From an uncultured Verrucomicrobiae bacterium (GTDB taxonomy: Bacteria; Verrucomicrobiota; Verrucomicrobiia; Chthoniobacterales; Chthoniobacteraceae): a stretch of 64,000 nucleotides of DNA. Position 1 is the first letter of the stretch. Every line of letters starts with the position of its first letter. Below the pieces are notes generated by a model that did not search any database, was not told the origin of the DNA, and saw only the letters and a list, made by a program, of their open reading frames with translations. Of the stretch, positions 1 to 10,686 are shown piece after piece. The DNA lies in NCBI GenBank assembly GCA_963769025.1, contig CAVYKI010000006.1, positions 576,001 through 640,000 on the forward strand. Reading direction: 5' to 3'. The position numbers were made by a program, and so were the translations under genes.

Positions 1-2953
1 GAAGCCGGATGGTACGGTGACCTGGATCGAGGCGCGCGGAAAACTGTTCCTCGATGCGCAGCGGCAATCCGGAGCGGATGGCCGGACTTTGCATGGACGT
101 GGCGGGACGCAAACACGCCGAGGAGGCGCTGCTACAGAGCGAACGCTTCAATCGCACCATCATCGAGAGCAGCCGCGACTGGATGACCACGCTCTCCCCC
201 GATGGTGTGCTCCTGTGGATCAATACTGCGGGGATGGAAGCCGTGTGCGCAACCGACTCCGCGCAGGTCGTCGGCAGGTCGTGGTTTGACTTTTGGGAGG
301 GCAAAAATCGCAGGCTGGCCGAGGCCGCCGTCCACGCCGCCGTCGCGGGCGGGAAGGGCACCTTCGTGGGCTACATCATCCTCGAGGGCCGGACCACCTG
401 GTGGGATGTGGCGGTCACGCCCATCGTCGATGCCGCAGGCAAACCGGAGAGGCTTCTCGCCGTATCGCGCGATGCCACCGAGCGCCGGAAGCTGGAGGAA
501 GTCCATGCGCGGCTCGCGGCGGTGGTCGAGTTTTCCGATGACGCGATTGTCAGCAAGTCGCTCGATGGCATCATCGCCACATGGAACCGGGGCGCGGAGC
601 GGATGTTCGGCTACACGGCGTCCGAGATGATCGGGAAGCCGGTCACCATCCTGATTCCGCCCGACTGCGTTTCTGAGGAGCCGGAAATCCTCAGGCGCGT
701 GAAAAGCGGGCGAAGTCGTGGAGCCTTACGAGTCGGTGCGGATGCGGAAGGATGGCACATTGCTCGATGTGTCGCTCACCGTTTCACCGATCAAGGACGC
801 GAGCGGGAAAATCATCGGCGCCTCGAAAATCGCGCGCGACATCACGCAGCGCAAGCAGGCCGAGGCCGAGCGGGCACGGCTCGCGGCCGTGCTCGAAAAG
901 AGCCTGAACGAGATTTACATCTTCGATACGACGCAGCTCCGCTTCCAATACGTGAACGAAGGCGCGCTGCGGAATCTCGGCTACTCGATGGAGGCGATGC
1001 GCGAGATGACTCCGCTCTCGATCTCAAGCCGGAATTCACCGAGGAGAGATTCCGCGCGATGGTCGCGCCGCTGCTCGGCAGGGAAAAGGAGAAGCTCATT
1101 TTCCACACCGTGCACCGCCGCGCCGACGGCAGCCTTTATCCCGGTGGAAGTCCATCTCCAGTGCGTCGCGCACGCCGGCGAGGATGTCTTCATGGCCGTC
1201 ATCCTCGACATCACCGAACGGCGCAAGGGCGAGGAGGAGCGCGAACGCCTGCTCGCCAGCGCAGCAGCGCGCCCGGGCCGAGGCCGAAGAGGCGGGAAGC
1301 CGCGCGCGTTTCCTCGCCGAGGCAAGCGCGAGCCTGGCCTCCACGCTCGATTACGAGGTCACGCTCGGCAATGTCGCGCGGGCCGCCGTGCCGGGCATCG
1401 CGGACTGGTGCGCCGTGCACATGCGGAGGCGGATGGCACGGTGCGCGTCGTCGCCACCGCGCATGCGGATCCCGCGAAGCTGGCCATCGCGAAGGAACTC
1501 CAGGAGCGTTATCCCGAGGACACCGGTTCGCCCTTCGGCACGCCGTCCGTGCTCCGCACCGGCCAGTCGCTGCTCCACACGCAAATCCCGGACGACGCTG
1601 CTCGTGGCCAGCTGCGCGCGATGCCGAACATCTCGCGCTGATTCGCAGCCTCGGCCTGAAGTCCGCTGTTGATCGTCCCGCTCGTCGCGAACGGCCAGAC
1701 GCTCGGCGCGATCACGCTCGTCGCGCGCCGAGTCCGGCCGCCACTTCAGCGAAGCGGACCTCCCGTTCGCCGAGGATCTCGCCGCACGCGCCGCCGCGGC
1801 CGCGGAAAATGCGCGCCTTTACCGCGAAGTCCGCCACGCCAACGCCGCGAAGGATCACTTCATGGCCGTGCTCAGCCACGAACTGCGCACGCCGCTCAAT
1901 CCCGTGCTCATGACGGTCGCCGACCTCGAGCGCGATGCCACCGTGCCCGCGCAGGTCCGCAAGCAGATGACCCTCGTGCGCCGCAACGTCGAACTCGAGG
2001 CGCGGCTCATCGATGACCTCCTCGACTCCACGCGCATCGCGAACGGAAAGCTGCAACTCCAGCGCACGGTGGTGGACGCCCGCGAACTGCTCCGCCGCGC
2101 CACCGCCATCGTGGAAAGCGAAGCCAGCAGCAAGGATGTGCAGCCTCTCGGTGACCACTTGCGCCGCAGCCGTGCCCGGTGCTTGGCGACCCGGCACGCC
2201 TCCAGCAGGTCTTTTGGAACGTGGTGAAGAACGCCGTGAAATTCACCCCGGAGGGCGGCTCCGTCCGCATCGCGGTGCGACGTCTCCGCGAGGCACACCG
2301 TCCGCATCACCGTGCAGGACACCGGCGTGGGCATCGCGCCCGAGGATGCCGCGAAAATCTTCAACGCCTTCGAGCAGGGCGACGCCGCCATCACTCACCG
2401 CTTTGGCGGCCTCGGTCTCGGCCTTGCGATTTCAAAGGCGCTTGTCGCCATGCACGAAGGCACGCTCACCGCACACAGCGAAGGCATCGGCCGCGGTGCC
2501 ACCTTCACCGTCGAACTCCCGCTCACGCGCGCGGCCCGCACTGGCACTGCTGACATCGCCGAACCGTCCGCGCCGCGCCGTGCCGTGCGCCTCCTCGTCG
2601 TCGAAGATCATGAAGCCACCTCGCAGGTCATGGAGCGCCTGCTCAAGCGACGCGGCTACAGCGTCGCCGTCGCAGCGGGAATGAAGGCCGCATTGAAGGT
2701 TCTCGAGGACGCGCCGATCGACATCCTCATCAGCGACCTCGGCCTGCCGGACGGCACCGGTCGCGAGCTCATGGAAAAGGTCCGCGAAACGAGAAAGCTT
2801 CCCGGCATCGCCCTGAGCGGCTTCGGTACCGACAACGACATCAACAGCAGCCGCGAAGCCGGCTTCGCCGCGCACCTGACCAAGCCCATCGACATCGAAC
2901 AGCTCGACCGCGAAATCCAGCTCCTCGCAAGCGCGCCCGATTTCCAAGCGTGA
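1..2953 (+). CDS. Hybrid sensor histidine kinase/response regulator (multiple PAS/PAC, GAF, HisKA, HATPase, REC); 5' end outside the window; split by several frameshifts
   Basis: PAS motifs ([45 protein letters not shown]), GAF ([17 protein letters not shown]), H-box [14 protein letters not shown]-box [15 protein letters not shown]-boxes DTGVGI/GGLGLGL and REC ([18 protein letters not shown]) are spread over successive ORFs 17, 54, 718, 1184, 1669, 1862, 2179 and 2312. Confidence 0.92.
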
Positions 2954-3026
2954 GCATGGCCGGGATTCCTCGCGCTGGCGCGTGTGGTTTCCGATTGGAC
3001 CGTGTCACGCTCTGCAAGCGCCGATG

Positions 3027-3371
3027 TCAGCGGAAGAGCTTTGTGAACCGCCGCGAAAGCTTTTGCAGTCCGCTCCCGAGTTCCAGATCCTTCAAGTGCG
3101 CGACACCATTGCTGACTGCGTTGGAGCCGCTCTCAAAAAGGTGCCCCGCATGCCGCTGGACGGGCGCCGCGATGGTCTGCAGTCGGTCGCGGATGTCCGT
3201 GAGCAGGCGCGCGGCGCGGCTTTCCGGAGTGTGCGGCCGCAGCGTGCGGACGAGGAGGCCGGCAGCGAGCCCCACGCCGATCGCGATGAGCAGCGAGCGC
3301 GTCGGATTTTCGCGGGCGAGCCGGTTGAATTTGGTCGTGCACTCGGTGACTGGGTTGGATGGTTTGTTCAT
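3027..3371 (-). CDS. Small membrane-anchored hypothetical protein (ElaB/DUF883-like motif)
   Basis: ARENPTRSLLIAIGVGLAAGLLVR resembles the ElaB/YqjD anchor motif; stress-gene context. Confidence 0.6.
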   Translation of the reverse strand: MNKPSNPVTECTTKFNRLARENPTRSLLIAIGVGLAAGLLVRTLRPHTPESRAARLLTDIRDRLQTIAAPVQRHAGHLFESGSNAVSNGVAHLKDLELGSGLQKLSRRFTKLFR

Positions 3372-3374
3372 GGA

Positions 3375-3671
3375 TTAGGCTTTGGATTTCGGGTTGCAGG
3401 AGCAGAGTTCCCAGGCCTTCAGCATGCCGAGGCAGAGCAGCACCGGCCGCGCGAGCGTGAAGACGACGGCGGTGGTTGCGCGGGTCGGGAGAAGGTTCAG
3501 GAGAAGTCCCGTGCCGAATGCGAATGCGACGGCCTTGGCGGGTTCGCGATGGGCGAATGACTCGGCCTGGTCGAGCCACGAATGAGGTGCGGCGCTGCGT
3601 GTGCTTCCGGGCCGCGCGCCGGTCTCCGTTGCGCCATCGGGTGTCGCGATCTTATTTTTTTTGGTGCTCAT
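3375..3671 (-). CDS. Small membrane hypothetical protein
   Basis: ATG at 3671 (MSTKKNK...); FAHREPAKAVAFAFGTGLLL plus a second hydrophobic helix; ends 3 nt before the next ORF. Confidence 0.6.
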   Translation of the reverse strand: MSTKKNKIATPDGATETGARPGSTRSAAPHSWLDQAESFAHREPAKAVAFAFGTGLLLNLLPTRATTAVVFTLARPVLLCLGMLKAWELCSCNPKSKA

Positions 3672-3760
3672 ATCACCTTGGGATTCGTGGTCCGGGTGCG
3701 GTTTGCGTGTGTCGTTGGATACAAACTTCGCATTTGTCGAATCCGTCGCAGGCAGGCCGA

Positions 3761-4438
3761 TCATTTGCCCTCCGCTCCGGTGTCCCGCGCCTTCCCCAAT
3801 TCCTCGCGCCTTACCCTGTCCATACATGTGGGGCAGACGCCGTGGGTAAAGTCAGTGCCGGTGTGCTTGTGGATGTATTCCTCGATCTCCTGCCAGTAGT
3901 CCGAGTCATCGCGGATGCTCTTGCAGTAGCAACAGATCGGCAGAAGGCGCTTGAGTTGCCGGCCCGTTTCCAGCGCGTGTTCGAGTTCCGTCACCCGATT
4001 GGCGAGGCTGCGCTCGAGTTTCAGCGTGCGTTGTCCGTTCCGGATCCGCGCCACCACCTCCGGCACCCCAAAGGGCTTGCGGATGAAATCATCGGCGCCT
4101 GCCGCCATGGCTTCGGCGATGCCTTCTTCGCCTTCCCGCGCAGTAATCACGATCAGGTAGAAGTAGCGCCCGGCGGAATCGCTTCGCAGCGCGCGGCAAA
4201 TCTCGGGACCGCTCCTGCCGGGCATCTCCCAATCCAGCAGTGCGATCGAGGGAGCGTCCTCGGATGTCAGCACTTCAAGGGCGTCATCACCATTCTCAGT
4301 GGTGGTGACCGCGAAACCTTTCCACTCCAGCAGATTCTTCAGCGCTTCCCGTGCGATGGCGTGATCTTCGGCGATCAGGATCCGATCGGACGTTTCGACG
4401 GAAGGGGCGGTGATTATCGATTCGGCGATGGCATCCAT
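3761..4438 (-). CDS. Response regulator with C-terminal Cys-rich (CxxC...CPxC) tail
   Basis: ILIAEDH, ALLDWEMP, DDFIRKP receiver motifs; LPICCYCKSIRDD..HGVCPTC. Confidence 0.9.
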   Translation of the reverse strand: MDAIAESIITAPSVETSDRILIAEDHAIAREALKNLLEWKGFAVTTTENGDDALEVLTSEDAPSIALLDWEMPGRSGPEICRALRSDSAGRYFYLIVITAREGEEGIAEAMAAGADDFIRKPFGVPEVVARIRNGQRTLKLERSLANRVTELEHALETGRQLKRLLPICCYCKSIRDDSDYWQEIEEYIHKHTGTDFTHGVCPTCMDRVRREELGKARDTGAEGK

Positions 4439-4592
4439 GACTCAAGGGGGAAATCGCACGGCGTCATGCGGATGGTGGTAAAAAGAATCACGGTTCGTTG
4501 CCGAAGAGCCTGCACGCAGGAGAGGTGGAGCAGCAAAACCGGAAATCCAAACCGGACACAACCAACCGCCCGCCGCGGCGCGATTACCAAGC

Positions 4593-5027
4593 ATGAATAC
4601 ATTCACATTCGATGGCTCATGGGATCTGATCAAAGGCAAGCTGAAGCAGAAGTATGCCGACCTCACCGATGATGATCTGACCTTCGTGGAAGGCAAAGGG
4701 GATGAACTGCTCGGCCGCCTGAAGACGAAGCTGGGGATGTCCAAGGATGCGGTGATCGCGATGTTGCATGAACTCGAAGACAGCGGGTCGAGCCTCAGGC
4801 ACGGAGTTCGCGAAAAGGTTTCCGAAGCCACCGCGCGGGTGGGCGAAATGGTGGACGATGTGCGGGAGCGAGTCACCGAGGCCGCTGGCGAGGCTTACGA
4901 ATACACCCGCGATGGCGCCCGCACGCTGCAGGTGAAGGCGGAAGACTACGTCACCCGGCAGCCGGTCACCGCGCTCCTGACGGCCCTCGCCGTCGGTTTC
5001 GTCGCAGGCATTTTGATCCGGCGGTAG
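4593..5027 (+). CDS. CsbD-family stress protein fused to an ElaB/DUF883-like C-terminus
   Basis: [22 protein letters not shown] (CsbD); YVTRQPVTALLTALAVGFVAGILIRR (DUF883-like tail). Confidence 0.85.
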   Translation: MNTFTFDGSWDLIKGKLKQKYADLTDDDLTFVEGKGDELLGRLKTKLGMSKDAVIAMLHELEDSGSSLRHGVREKVSEATARVGEMVDDVRERVTEAAGEAYEYTRDGARTLQVKAEDYVTRQPVTALLTALAVGFVAGILIRR

Positions 5028-5219
5028 TTCGACATGATGCGATTTCATGACGCGGCTGTAAGAGATCGCAAAGTCAGCGAAGTCGGTGGCGACACTGAAC
5101 TTGGAAAACCGGTCCCTGCAGGCAGCGCCTTTCTCGGGCGGACGGGATCGCAAGGAACCGCTCGCACCTCGTCTCGCGGGATTGATGCTGGAATCCATCG
5201 TCCGGTGGAAGAAGCCGCG

Positions 5220-6506
5220 ATGAGGCATAAGCCAGGCATGCGTGCCATGCGGTGGGCGTCGCTGGTTCTGGCGGCGAGTCTTTTCACCGGCTGCTCCCTT
5301 TTCCAAAAGCGCGCGCCAGCCGGGTCCCCCGATCGCGCCTACATCGCATACTGGCCGCCCTCCGAAGGCGATCACCGGCTGCGGCTTGCGGTAAAGGACC
5401 TCATCGACATGGAGGGCGTCGTGACGACCGGAGGATCCAAACATCTCGCGAAGAACAATCCGCCGGCTGCCCGCGATGCCAAGTGCCTGACCATCGCACG
5501 GGAGAGAAACGTGCAGATCGTGGGAAAGACAAATCTCGCGGAACTCGCGCTCGGGGTCACTGGCATCAATAGCTACTTCGGAACTCCGAGGAACCGCCTG
5601 GCGGGAAAGCAGCGGATCATCCCTGGCGGGTCGTCCAGTGGTTCAGCCGTCGCGGTCGCGAACGGATCGGCGGACATCGCATTCGGCACGGATACCGGCG
5701 GCTCGATCCGCGTTCCGGCGGCATGCTGCGGCATCGCGGGTCTAAAGACGACGTTCGGACTCATCTCGCTCGATGGCGTGCATCCGGTCTCGCCAAAGTA
5801 TCTGGACACCGTCGGCCCGATGGCGAAGGACGTTGCGCATCTCGTGCAAGGCATGGATTTGCTGCAGCGGGGATTTGCCGGACGGTACGCGAGCGCAGTG
5901 GCAGCAAGGCCGTCGGCCCGCAGCATCCGTATCGGGCGGCTCTACGTGGATGGCACGGACCCGAGAATCGACCGAGCGGTGGATGCCATCCTCGCTGCGA
6001 GGGGATTCAAAGTGGTGGTGCTGGACAAGAACTTCAAAGCACAGTGGGAGCAGGCGGAGAAGGATGGGGACACAGTCGCCACGGCGAGCGCCTGGCAGAG
6101 CGATGGGCATTTCATGGGCAAACCGGGAATCGGCGCGCTGCCCAATGCCGTTCTTGCGCTCGGATCCATCGAGTTTAACAACAGCTATCCCGAAGCGGTG
6201 AAACGGCGGGCTGAGTGGCAACGCACGTTGCGCAGAGTTTTTCGCAAGGTGGACTTCATCGCGCTGCCGACGCTCAAGAACCTCCCGCCAAAGGTCCCGT
6301 TCTTCGGCGGCTCTCCCGCCTTCGAGGTGCTCGTCCGCGCCAAGCAAGCCACGGTCGCCGTGAATTTTGCGGGCAACCCGGCCCTCGCGCTGCCGATCCC
6401 GGTGGAGGACAAAAAGATTCCTGTCACCAGCCTGCAGCTCATCGGACCGCGCCTGAGCGAGGCGCAGCTTCTCAATGCGGGCAGGCTCATCGAGGCGAAG
6501 CGGTGA
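5220..6506 (+). CDS. Amidase-signature family enzyme, predicted lipoprotein (start uncertain: 5220, 5238 or 5247)
   Basis: AVKD, GKTNLAELA, PGGSSSGS and GTDTGGSIRVPAACCG amidase motifs; lipobox LFTGC. Confidence 0.9.
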   Translation: MRHKPGMRAMRWASLVLAASLFTGCSLFQKRAPAGSPDRAYIAYWPPSEGDHRLRLAVKDLIDMEGVVTTGGSKHLAKNNPPAARDAKCLTIARERNVQIVGKTNLAELALGVTGINSYFGTPRNRLAGKQRIIPGGSSSGSAVAVANGSADIAFGTDTGGSIRVPAACCGIAGLKTTFGLISLDGVHPVSPKYLDTVGPMAKDVAHLVQGMDLLQRGFAGRYASAVAARPSARSIRIGRLYVDGTDPRIDRAVDAILAARGFKVVVLDKNFKAQWEQAEKDGDTVATASAWQSDGHFMGKPGIGALPNAVLALGSIEFNNSYPEAVKRRAEWQRTLRRVFRKVDFIALPTLKNLPPKVPFFGGSPAFEVLVRAKQATVAVNFAGNPALALPIPVEDKKIPVTSLQLIGPRLSEAQLLNAGRLIEAKR

Positions 6507-6678
6507 GGTGCCCGAAAGGTCGCAGATCAAGATCCCGAGCGCCGTTCCCGATCATGGGGGACGACCCTATCCGCTCCGCGGTTTCCGGAACTCAAACACG
6601 GTCACTTTCCCCCGCGGCGCGGCCCGGTGCCATTACACGCCCAATGCACTCACGCCCTCGTGAAACCCAGGTGCCGTC

Positions 6679-7344
6679 CTACTGCGCCGGCGCGAACTGC
6701 TCGCGCGACGGTTCCCGCTGGAGCAGGTTTTCCTTGCAGGCCGGGCAAACCCCGCTGGCGAGATTGGCGGCGGACGGGTCACGTCGGTATGCCTCGATTT
6801 CTTCCCAGTAGTCCGCGTCGTCGCGCACCTTCTTGCATTCGGTACAAATCGGCAGGAGTCGCTTCAGACTGCGCAGCTCCTCGCGGCTCATCTCCAGGTC
6901 GTCTGAGCGCTCCGAGTACCGCTTTTCCAGGCTGAGCACGCGCAACCCGCAGCGCAGCCGGGCGAGGAGCTGCGAACTGTCCAGCGGCTTGCTCAGAAAA
7001 TCGTCCACACCCGCTGCGAACGCCGCGAGCGCATCGGTGGCCTCGTCGCGCCCGGATACCATGACGATGTAGGTGTAGGGGTTGGATGGAATCGAGCGCA
7101 CGGCCAGGCACACGTGGATGCCGTCCAGGCGCGGCATCGTCCAATCGAGCAGCGCGATGTGCGGCGGGTCCGGCGCGAGGAGGATGTGGATCGCATCCTG
7201 CCCGTCATTTACCACGGTCACGTCGTAGCCTTCGCGCTGCAGCAGACGGACGAGCGCATTCCGTGAGGTCTCGTCATCTTCCGCCACGAGGACACGCGTC
7301 CGCGGCTGGTCGGAAATAGCGGAAGTGGGCGCTGTGCGATTCAT
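6679..7344 (-). CDS. Response regulator with C-terminal Cys-rich tail (paralog of 3761-4438)
   Basis: ATG 7344; VLVAEDD, ALLDWTMP, DDFLSKP; LPICTECKKVRDDADYW..GVCPAC. Confidence 0.9.
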   Translation of the reverse strand: MNRTAPTSAISDQPRTRVLVAEDDETSRNALVRLLQREGYDVTVVNDGQDAIHILLAPDPPHIALLDWTMPRLDGIHVCLAVRSIPSNPYTYIVMVSGRDEATDALAAFAAGVDDFLSKPLDSSQLLARLRCGLRVLSLEKRYSERSDDLEMSREELRSLKRLLPICTECKKVRDDADYWEEIEAYRRDPSAANLASGVCPACKENLLQREPSREQFAPAQ

Positions 7345-7491
7345 CGTACCAGATTCGTAGCCGCGGTCAGATTGCGTGCGTGAAATTGGCAGGAGCGCGA
7401 TAATTCCTGCACGGTATGTTGGGGTCTCGGCAAAATTTTCACAACCGCGAGCGCGCATGGGGACGATGCAAGGGCGTATCCATCTCACAAC

Positions 7492-7710
7492 GTGCTTATG
7501 AAAATGTTCAGCCAAACTCTCCGGTCCGCGCTGGTTGCCGTGCTCTCCATGGCGACCGTCGGCTTGGCGCAGCCCCCGTCGGGTGGTCCGCCACCGCCAC
7601 CGCCACCTCCGGGTGAGCCAACTCCTCCTCCGCCACCGCCGAAACGGCCGAAGCGTCCCAAGCCGCCGATTCCCCTGCCTCCACCGCTCCCGCCGGTTCC
7701 GCCTCCGTAG
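7492..7710 (+). CDS. Small secreted proline-rich protein
   Basis: Signal-peptide-like N-terminus (..RSALVAVLSMATVGLA-Q) followed by poly-Pro runs; fills an otherwise empty gap. Confidence 0.5.
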   Translation: MLMKMFSQTLRSALVAVLSMATVGLAQPPSGGPPPPPPPPGEPTPPPPPPKRPKRPKPPIPLPPPLPPVPPP

Positions 7711-7810
7711 AAGCTCGTTGATTCGAACGGCCAGGGCTGGCGTGCCAGAGTCCGCGTGCGCTGAGGCCGCTTGTGTTTCAGAACGTCGCAGGAGGAGATG
7801 CGTCTCTCGC

Positions 7811-9628
7811 TCAGCTCTCCCGCAGCGCTTCCGGCGTTTCGTTGCGGGGGGGCAGCGTGCAGGCGGCATAGGCGGCCACGCCGGCGGCGGCGCGTCGCAG
7901 ATCGGGATACGTTTCGTCCGCCCCCGCCTTGCCCAGTCGCTCGTGACGCGCGGAAAATTCTTCATCGTCGGGCCGCCAGAGTCCGACCACGATCCGTGTC
8001 GAGGGCAGCCGGGCGCGCAGCCTTTTGCACAGCGCGCGGGCGGCGATGGCCGAGACCGGCGGCAGCGCCGAAATGCACACGATGGACGGCGCGAGGGCCA
8101 CGGCCTGCTCGACGGATTCGCTCGCGAGCAATTCCGAGGAAAGCACGGTGGTCGCGACGTTCGATTCCGCGAGCACATGGGCGAGCATGAGCGCGGCGAG
8201 TTCGTCCCCTTCGTGGCTGGCCGGGATGCAGAGGATGGTCGCAGTTGCCGGCGGCTTTGCATCGGAGCCGGGGCGCGGCTCCGGGAGGTCCGTGATGATC
8301 TGGCGCAAAGTCTGAAAGGCATCGGTGCGTGCGGCATCGGAGAGCACTCCCGATCGGAAATCGGTCTCGATGCTGCGCAGCGCCGGGATCACGGCCTCGT
8401 CGAACGAAGCGAGCGCACCCTGTTCGCGGATGCGCCGTTCGACGATGTCGGTGGCCTCCTCTTCATTCAGCGCGAGCAGTCGTTGGTAAAGCCGGTCGCC
8501 GGGAGCGATGGACGGCTTTGCGCCCATGAGGAGGTCGAGGAAGGCAAGATCGGGCAGATATTTTCCCGCCACGGCGAGGCAGACGGTCAGCGGTGTGGCG
8601 AGCAAGAGTCCCACGCCGCCCCACAGCCATGTCCAGAAAAGCGCGGATACGATCACGGCCAGCGGGGAAATCTCCGTGCTCGCGCCATAGAGCCACGGTT
8701 CGACCACGTGCGCCACGAACAGATCGACCACCAGGAACAGTCCGATGATGAGCAGCGGCTGTGTCCACGATGGCGAGATCGCGAGGGACAAGGCGAGCGG
8801 AAGCGCGGTGGCGATCCATGCGCCGATGTACGGCAGGAATCGCAGCGCCATCGCCAGCAGTCCCCAGAGAAGCGCGTTGGGAATCCCGATGAAATACAGG
8901 CCGACTCCGATCGTCACGCCGAAGCTGGCGTTGACCATCACCTGGGCGCGGAGGTAGCGGCCGATCCGCTGACCCACTTCGTCGAGGGCCTGGGTGGTCA
9001 CGCGCAGCCGGCCGCGGCCCATGAGGTGGATCAGGCGGTCGCGCAGATCGGTGCCGGCCATCAGCATGAAAATCACGATCACGATCACCACGAGTGTCTT
9101 TCCGAGCGGGCCGACGATCGGCCACAGCACGCCCATGAGTTTTTGAATCGAGCCGTCCGGGCTGGGAACCACTTCCACGCGCACGGGACGGGGCTTTTCC
9201 ATCACCGTCACCATCGGCGCCGGCGCCTTGGTGTCCTCCTTGTTGACGGCTTCGGTCACCTCGGTGATCGTCCGAGCGCCGAGGCGCAACGGGTTGTTCG
9301 GGTTTTTCAACGCCTCGACCCGTGCGATCAGGTTATTGCGGTACTTCGGCAGCAGACCCGCCAGATCGAGAAACTGCGTGGTGACGAGGTACGCCAGCCC
9401 ACCGATGAGCACGAACGCCAGTGCGGCCGTGACGAGGACCGCTCCCGCACGTCGCAGCCCCCACCGCTCCAATCGCCGGACGAGCGGTGAGAGCAGGAAG
9501 CTCAGCAGCCCCGCGAGCACCAGCGGCAGGAAGAACTCCTGGGCAATGTGCAGCATCGCCGCCACGCCAACGAACAGCGCGAGGACGAGAAGCGGTCCCA
9601 CATATCTCTTTCGGTCGGGGATGGTCAT
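7811..9628 (-). CDS. AI-2E family transporter with extended cytoplasmic C-terminal domain
   Basis: FFLPLVLAGLLSFLLSPLV, LRFLPYIG, VEPWLYG, LWGGVGLLLATPLTV motifs; about 200 aa Rossmann/B12-binding-like tail. Confidence 0.9.
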   Translation of the reverse strand: MTIPDRKRYVGPLLVLALFVGVAAMLHIAQEFFLPLVLAGLLSFLLSPLVRRLERWGLRRAGAVLVTAALAFVLIGGLAYLVTTQFLDLAGLLPKYRNNLIARVEALKNPNNPLRLGARTITEVTEAVNKEDTKAPAPMVTVMEKPRPVRVEVVPSPDGSIQKLMGVLWPIVGPLGKTLVVIVIVIFMLMAGTDLRDRLIHLMGRGRLRVTTQALDEVGQRIGRYLRAQVMVNASFGVTIGVGLYFIGIPNALLWGLLAMALRFLPYIGAWIATALPLALSLAISPSWTQPLLIIGLFLVVDLFVAHVVEPWLYGASTEISPLAVIVSALFWTWLWGGVGLLLATPLTVCLAVAGKYLPDLAFLDLLMGAKPSIAPGDRLYQRLLALNEEEATDIVERRIREQGALASFDEAVIPALRSIETDFRSGVLSDAARTDAFQTLRQIITDLPEPRPGSDAKPPATATILCIPASHEGDELAALMLAHVLAESNVATTVLSSELLASESVEQAVALAPSIVCISALPPVSAIAARALCKRLRARLPSTRIVVGLWRPDDEEFSARHERLGKAGADETYPDLRRAAAGVAAYAACTLPPRNETPEALRES

Positions 9629-9661
9629 AGGCAGGCGTGCAGCGTGTCTTTCACCCAGCGC

Positions 9662-9886
9662 CTACGCTTTCGCCCGGCCTGAGAAAGCGAGCGCGATGGC
9701 GCCGCCGGCAATCGCCGCCCAGCCGAGGATCGGCGGGATCGGGACATGGTGCGTTTTTTCTGCCGTGGCCTTGATGGGCCCGATCTCGAGCACCGTCTCG
9801 CGGGACTGATAGCTGAAATGCCCGTAGGCGAGAATGGCCGCGCCGATGAGGATGAGGATGATGCCGATGATGGATTGGCTTTTCAT
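9662..9886 (-). CDS. DUF3185-like small two-TM protein
   Basis: Two TM helices with SRETVLEIGPIKATAEK..PIPPILG loop. Confidence 0.75.
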   Translation of the reverse strand: MKSQSIIGIILILIGAAILAYGHFSYQSRETVLEIGPIKATAEKTHHVPIPPILGWAAIAGGAIALAFSGRAKA

Positions 9887-9912
9887 GGTTGGTTTGGATG
9901 GAAGGTTTCGGG

Positions 9913-10686
9913 TCAGTCGCGGAGGCCTGGGATCCGGGCGTAGCCGATGAAAGTGGTGCGCTGTTCATTCGCGATCGGCGAACGGGGCATCGTGAAGTCG
10001 AACACGCTGACGCCATTCCGTTTTGCGCCGTGATAGGTGCGTCCGTCGCTTGATCCGATCATCACCTTCGCGCCGGTGGATTTTTCCGTGCCCAGGTAAA
10101 TCATCGTGTGGGTCACCGGCGGATCATGGTCGGTCGCGTAGGTGCCGATCCAAAACAGGAGGTCACCCGGGAGAAGTTCGTCCATCTCGGCGCTGTCAGG
10201 CTTGCGGCTGATGACCGCGCGGAAACCGCGCGCCTTGCGCACCCACATATAGAGGCCGCTGGAATCGCGTGGCACTTGGGTCAGTCCATGCTGGCGGAGG
10301 ACATAGTGGACGAAGCCCGAGCAATCGAATCCGCCGTTCGCAGGATCCGCGGAGCCGAAAACGTACGGAAGGTTTTGCCGGGCGAGATCGAGGCTGGACT
10401 CGATGAGCTTCCGAACACCCGCAGGCTGCGCGCGGAATTCCAAAAGTTCTTCAGGCGCTATGGCGACGTTGGGCTCGGTTGGTCGTTTCGCCGAAGGCGC
10501 GGTTTCCAGTTTCGGGTCCACCGTTTTGCGTTCCGCGGGCGGGGTGGTCGGTTGCGGCTTGTTTTTGGGCTTCACAGCCTCGACGGCAGCCGGCTTTTTC
10601 CTGGCCTGCGTTTTGCCAGCGGCAGATGAGACGGCCAGTGCGAGCAACATCGCGACTACGGAAACAAATGGACGTTTCGGGCTCAT
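9913..10686 (-). CDS. NlpC/P60 (C40) peptidase with signal peptide
   Basis: YVFG..GFDCSGF..VPRDS..PGDLLF..VTHTMIY; N-terminal hydrophobic signal; start uncertain. Confidence 0.88.
   Translation of the reverse strand: MSPKRPFVSVVAMLLALAVSSAAGKTQARKKPAAVEAVKPKNKPQPTTPPAERKTVDPKLETAPSAKRPTEPNVAIAPEELLEFRAQPAGVRKLIESSLDLARQNLPYVFGSADPANGGFDCSGFVHYVLRQHGLTQVPRDSSGLYMWVRKARGFRAVISRKPDSAEMDELLPGDLLFWIGTYATDHDPPVTHTMIYLGTEKSTGAKVMIGSSDGRTYHGAKRNGVSVFDFTMPRSPIANEQRTTFIGYARIPGLRD

Noticed and set aside
7345..8337. N-terminal extension of the 552-aa response regulator ORF
   Set aside because: Overlaps the AI-2E gene in another frame and is low-complexity; the receiver domain starts at 7344
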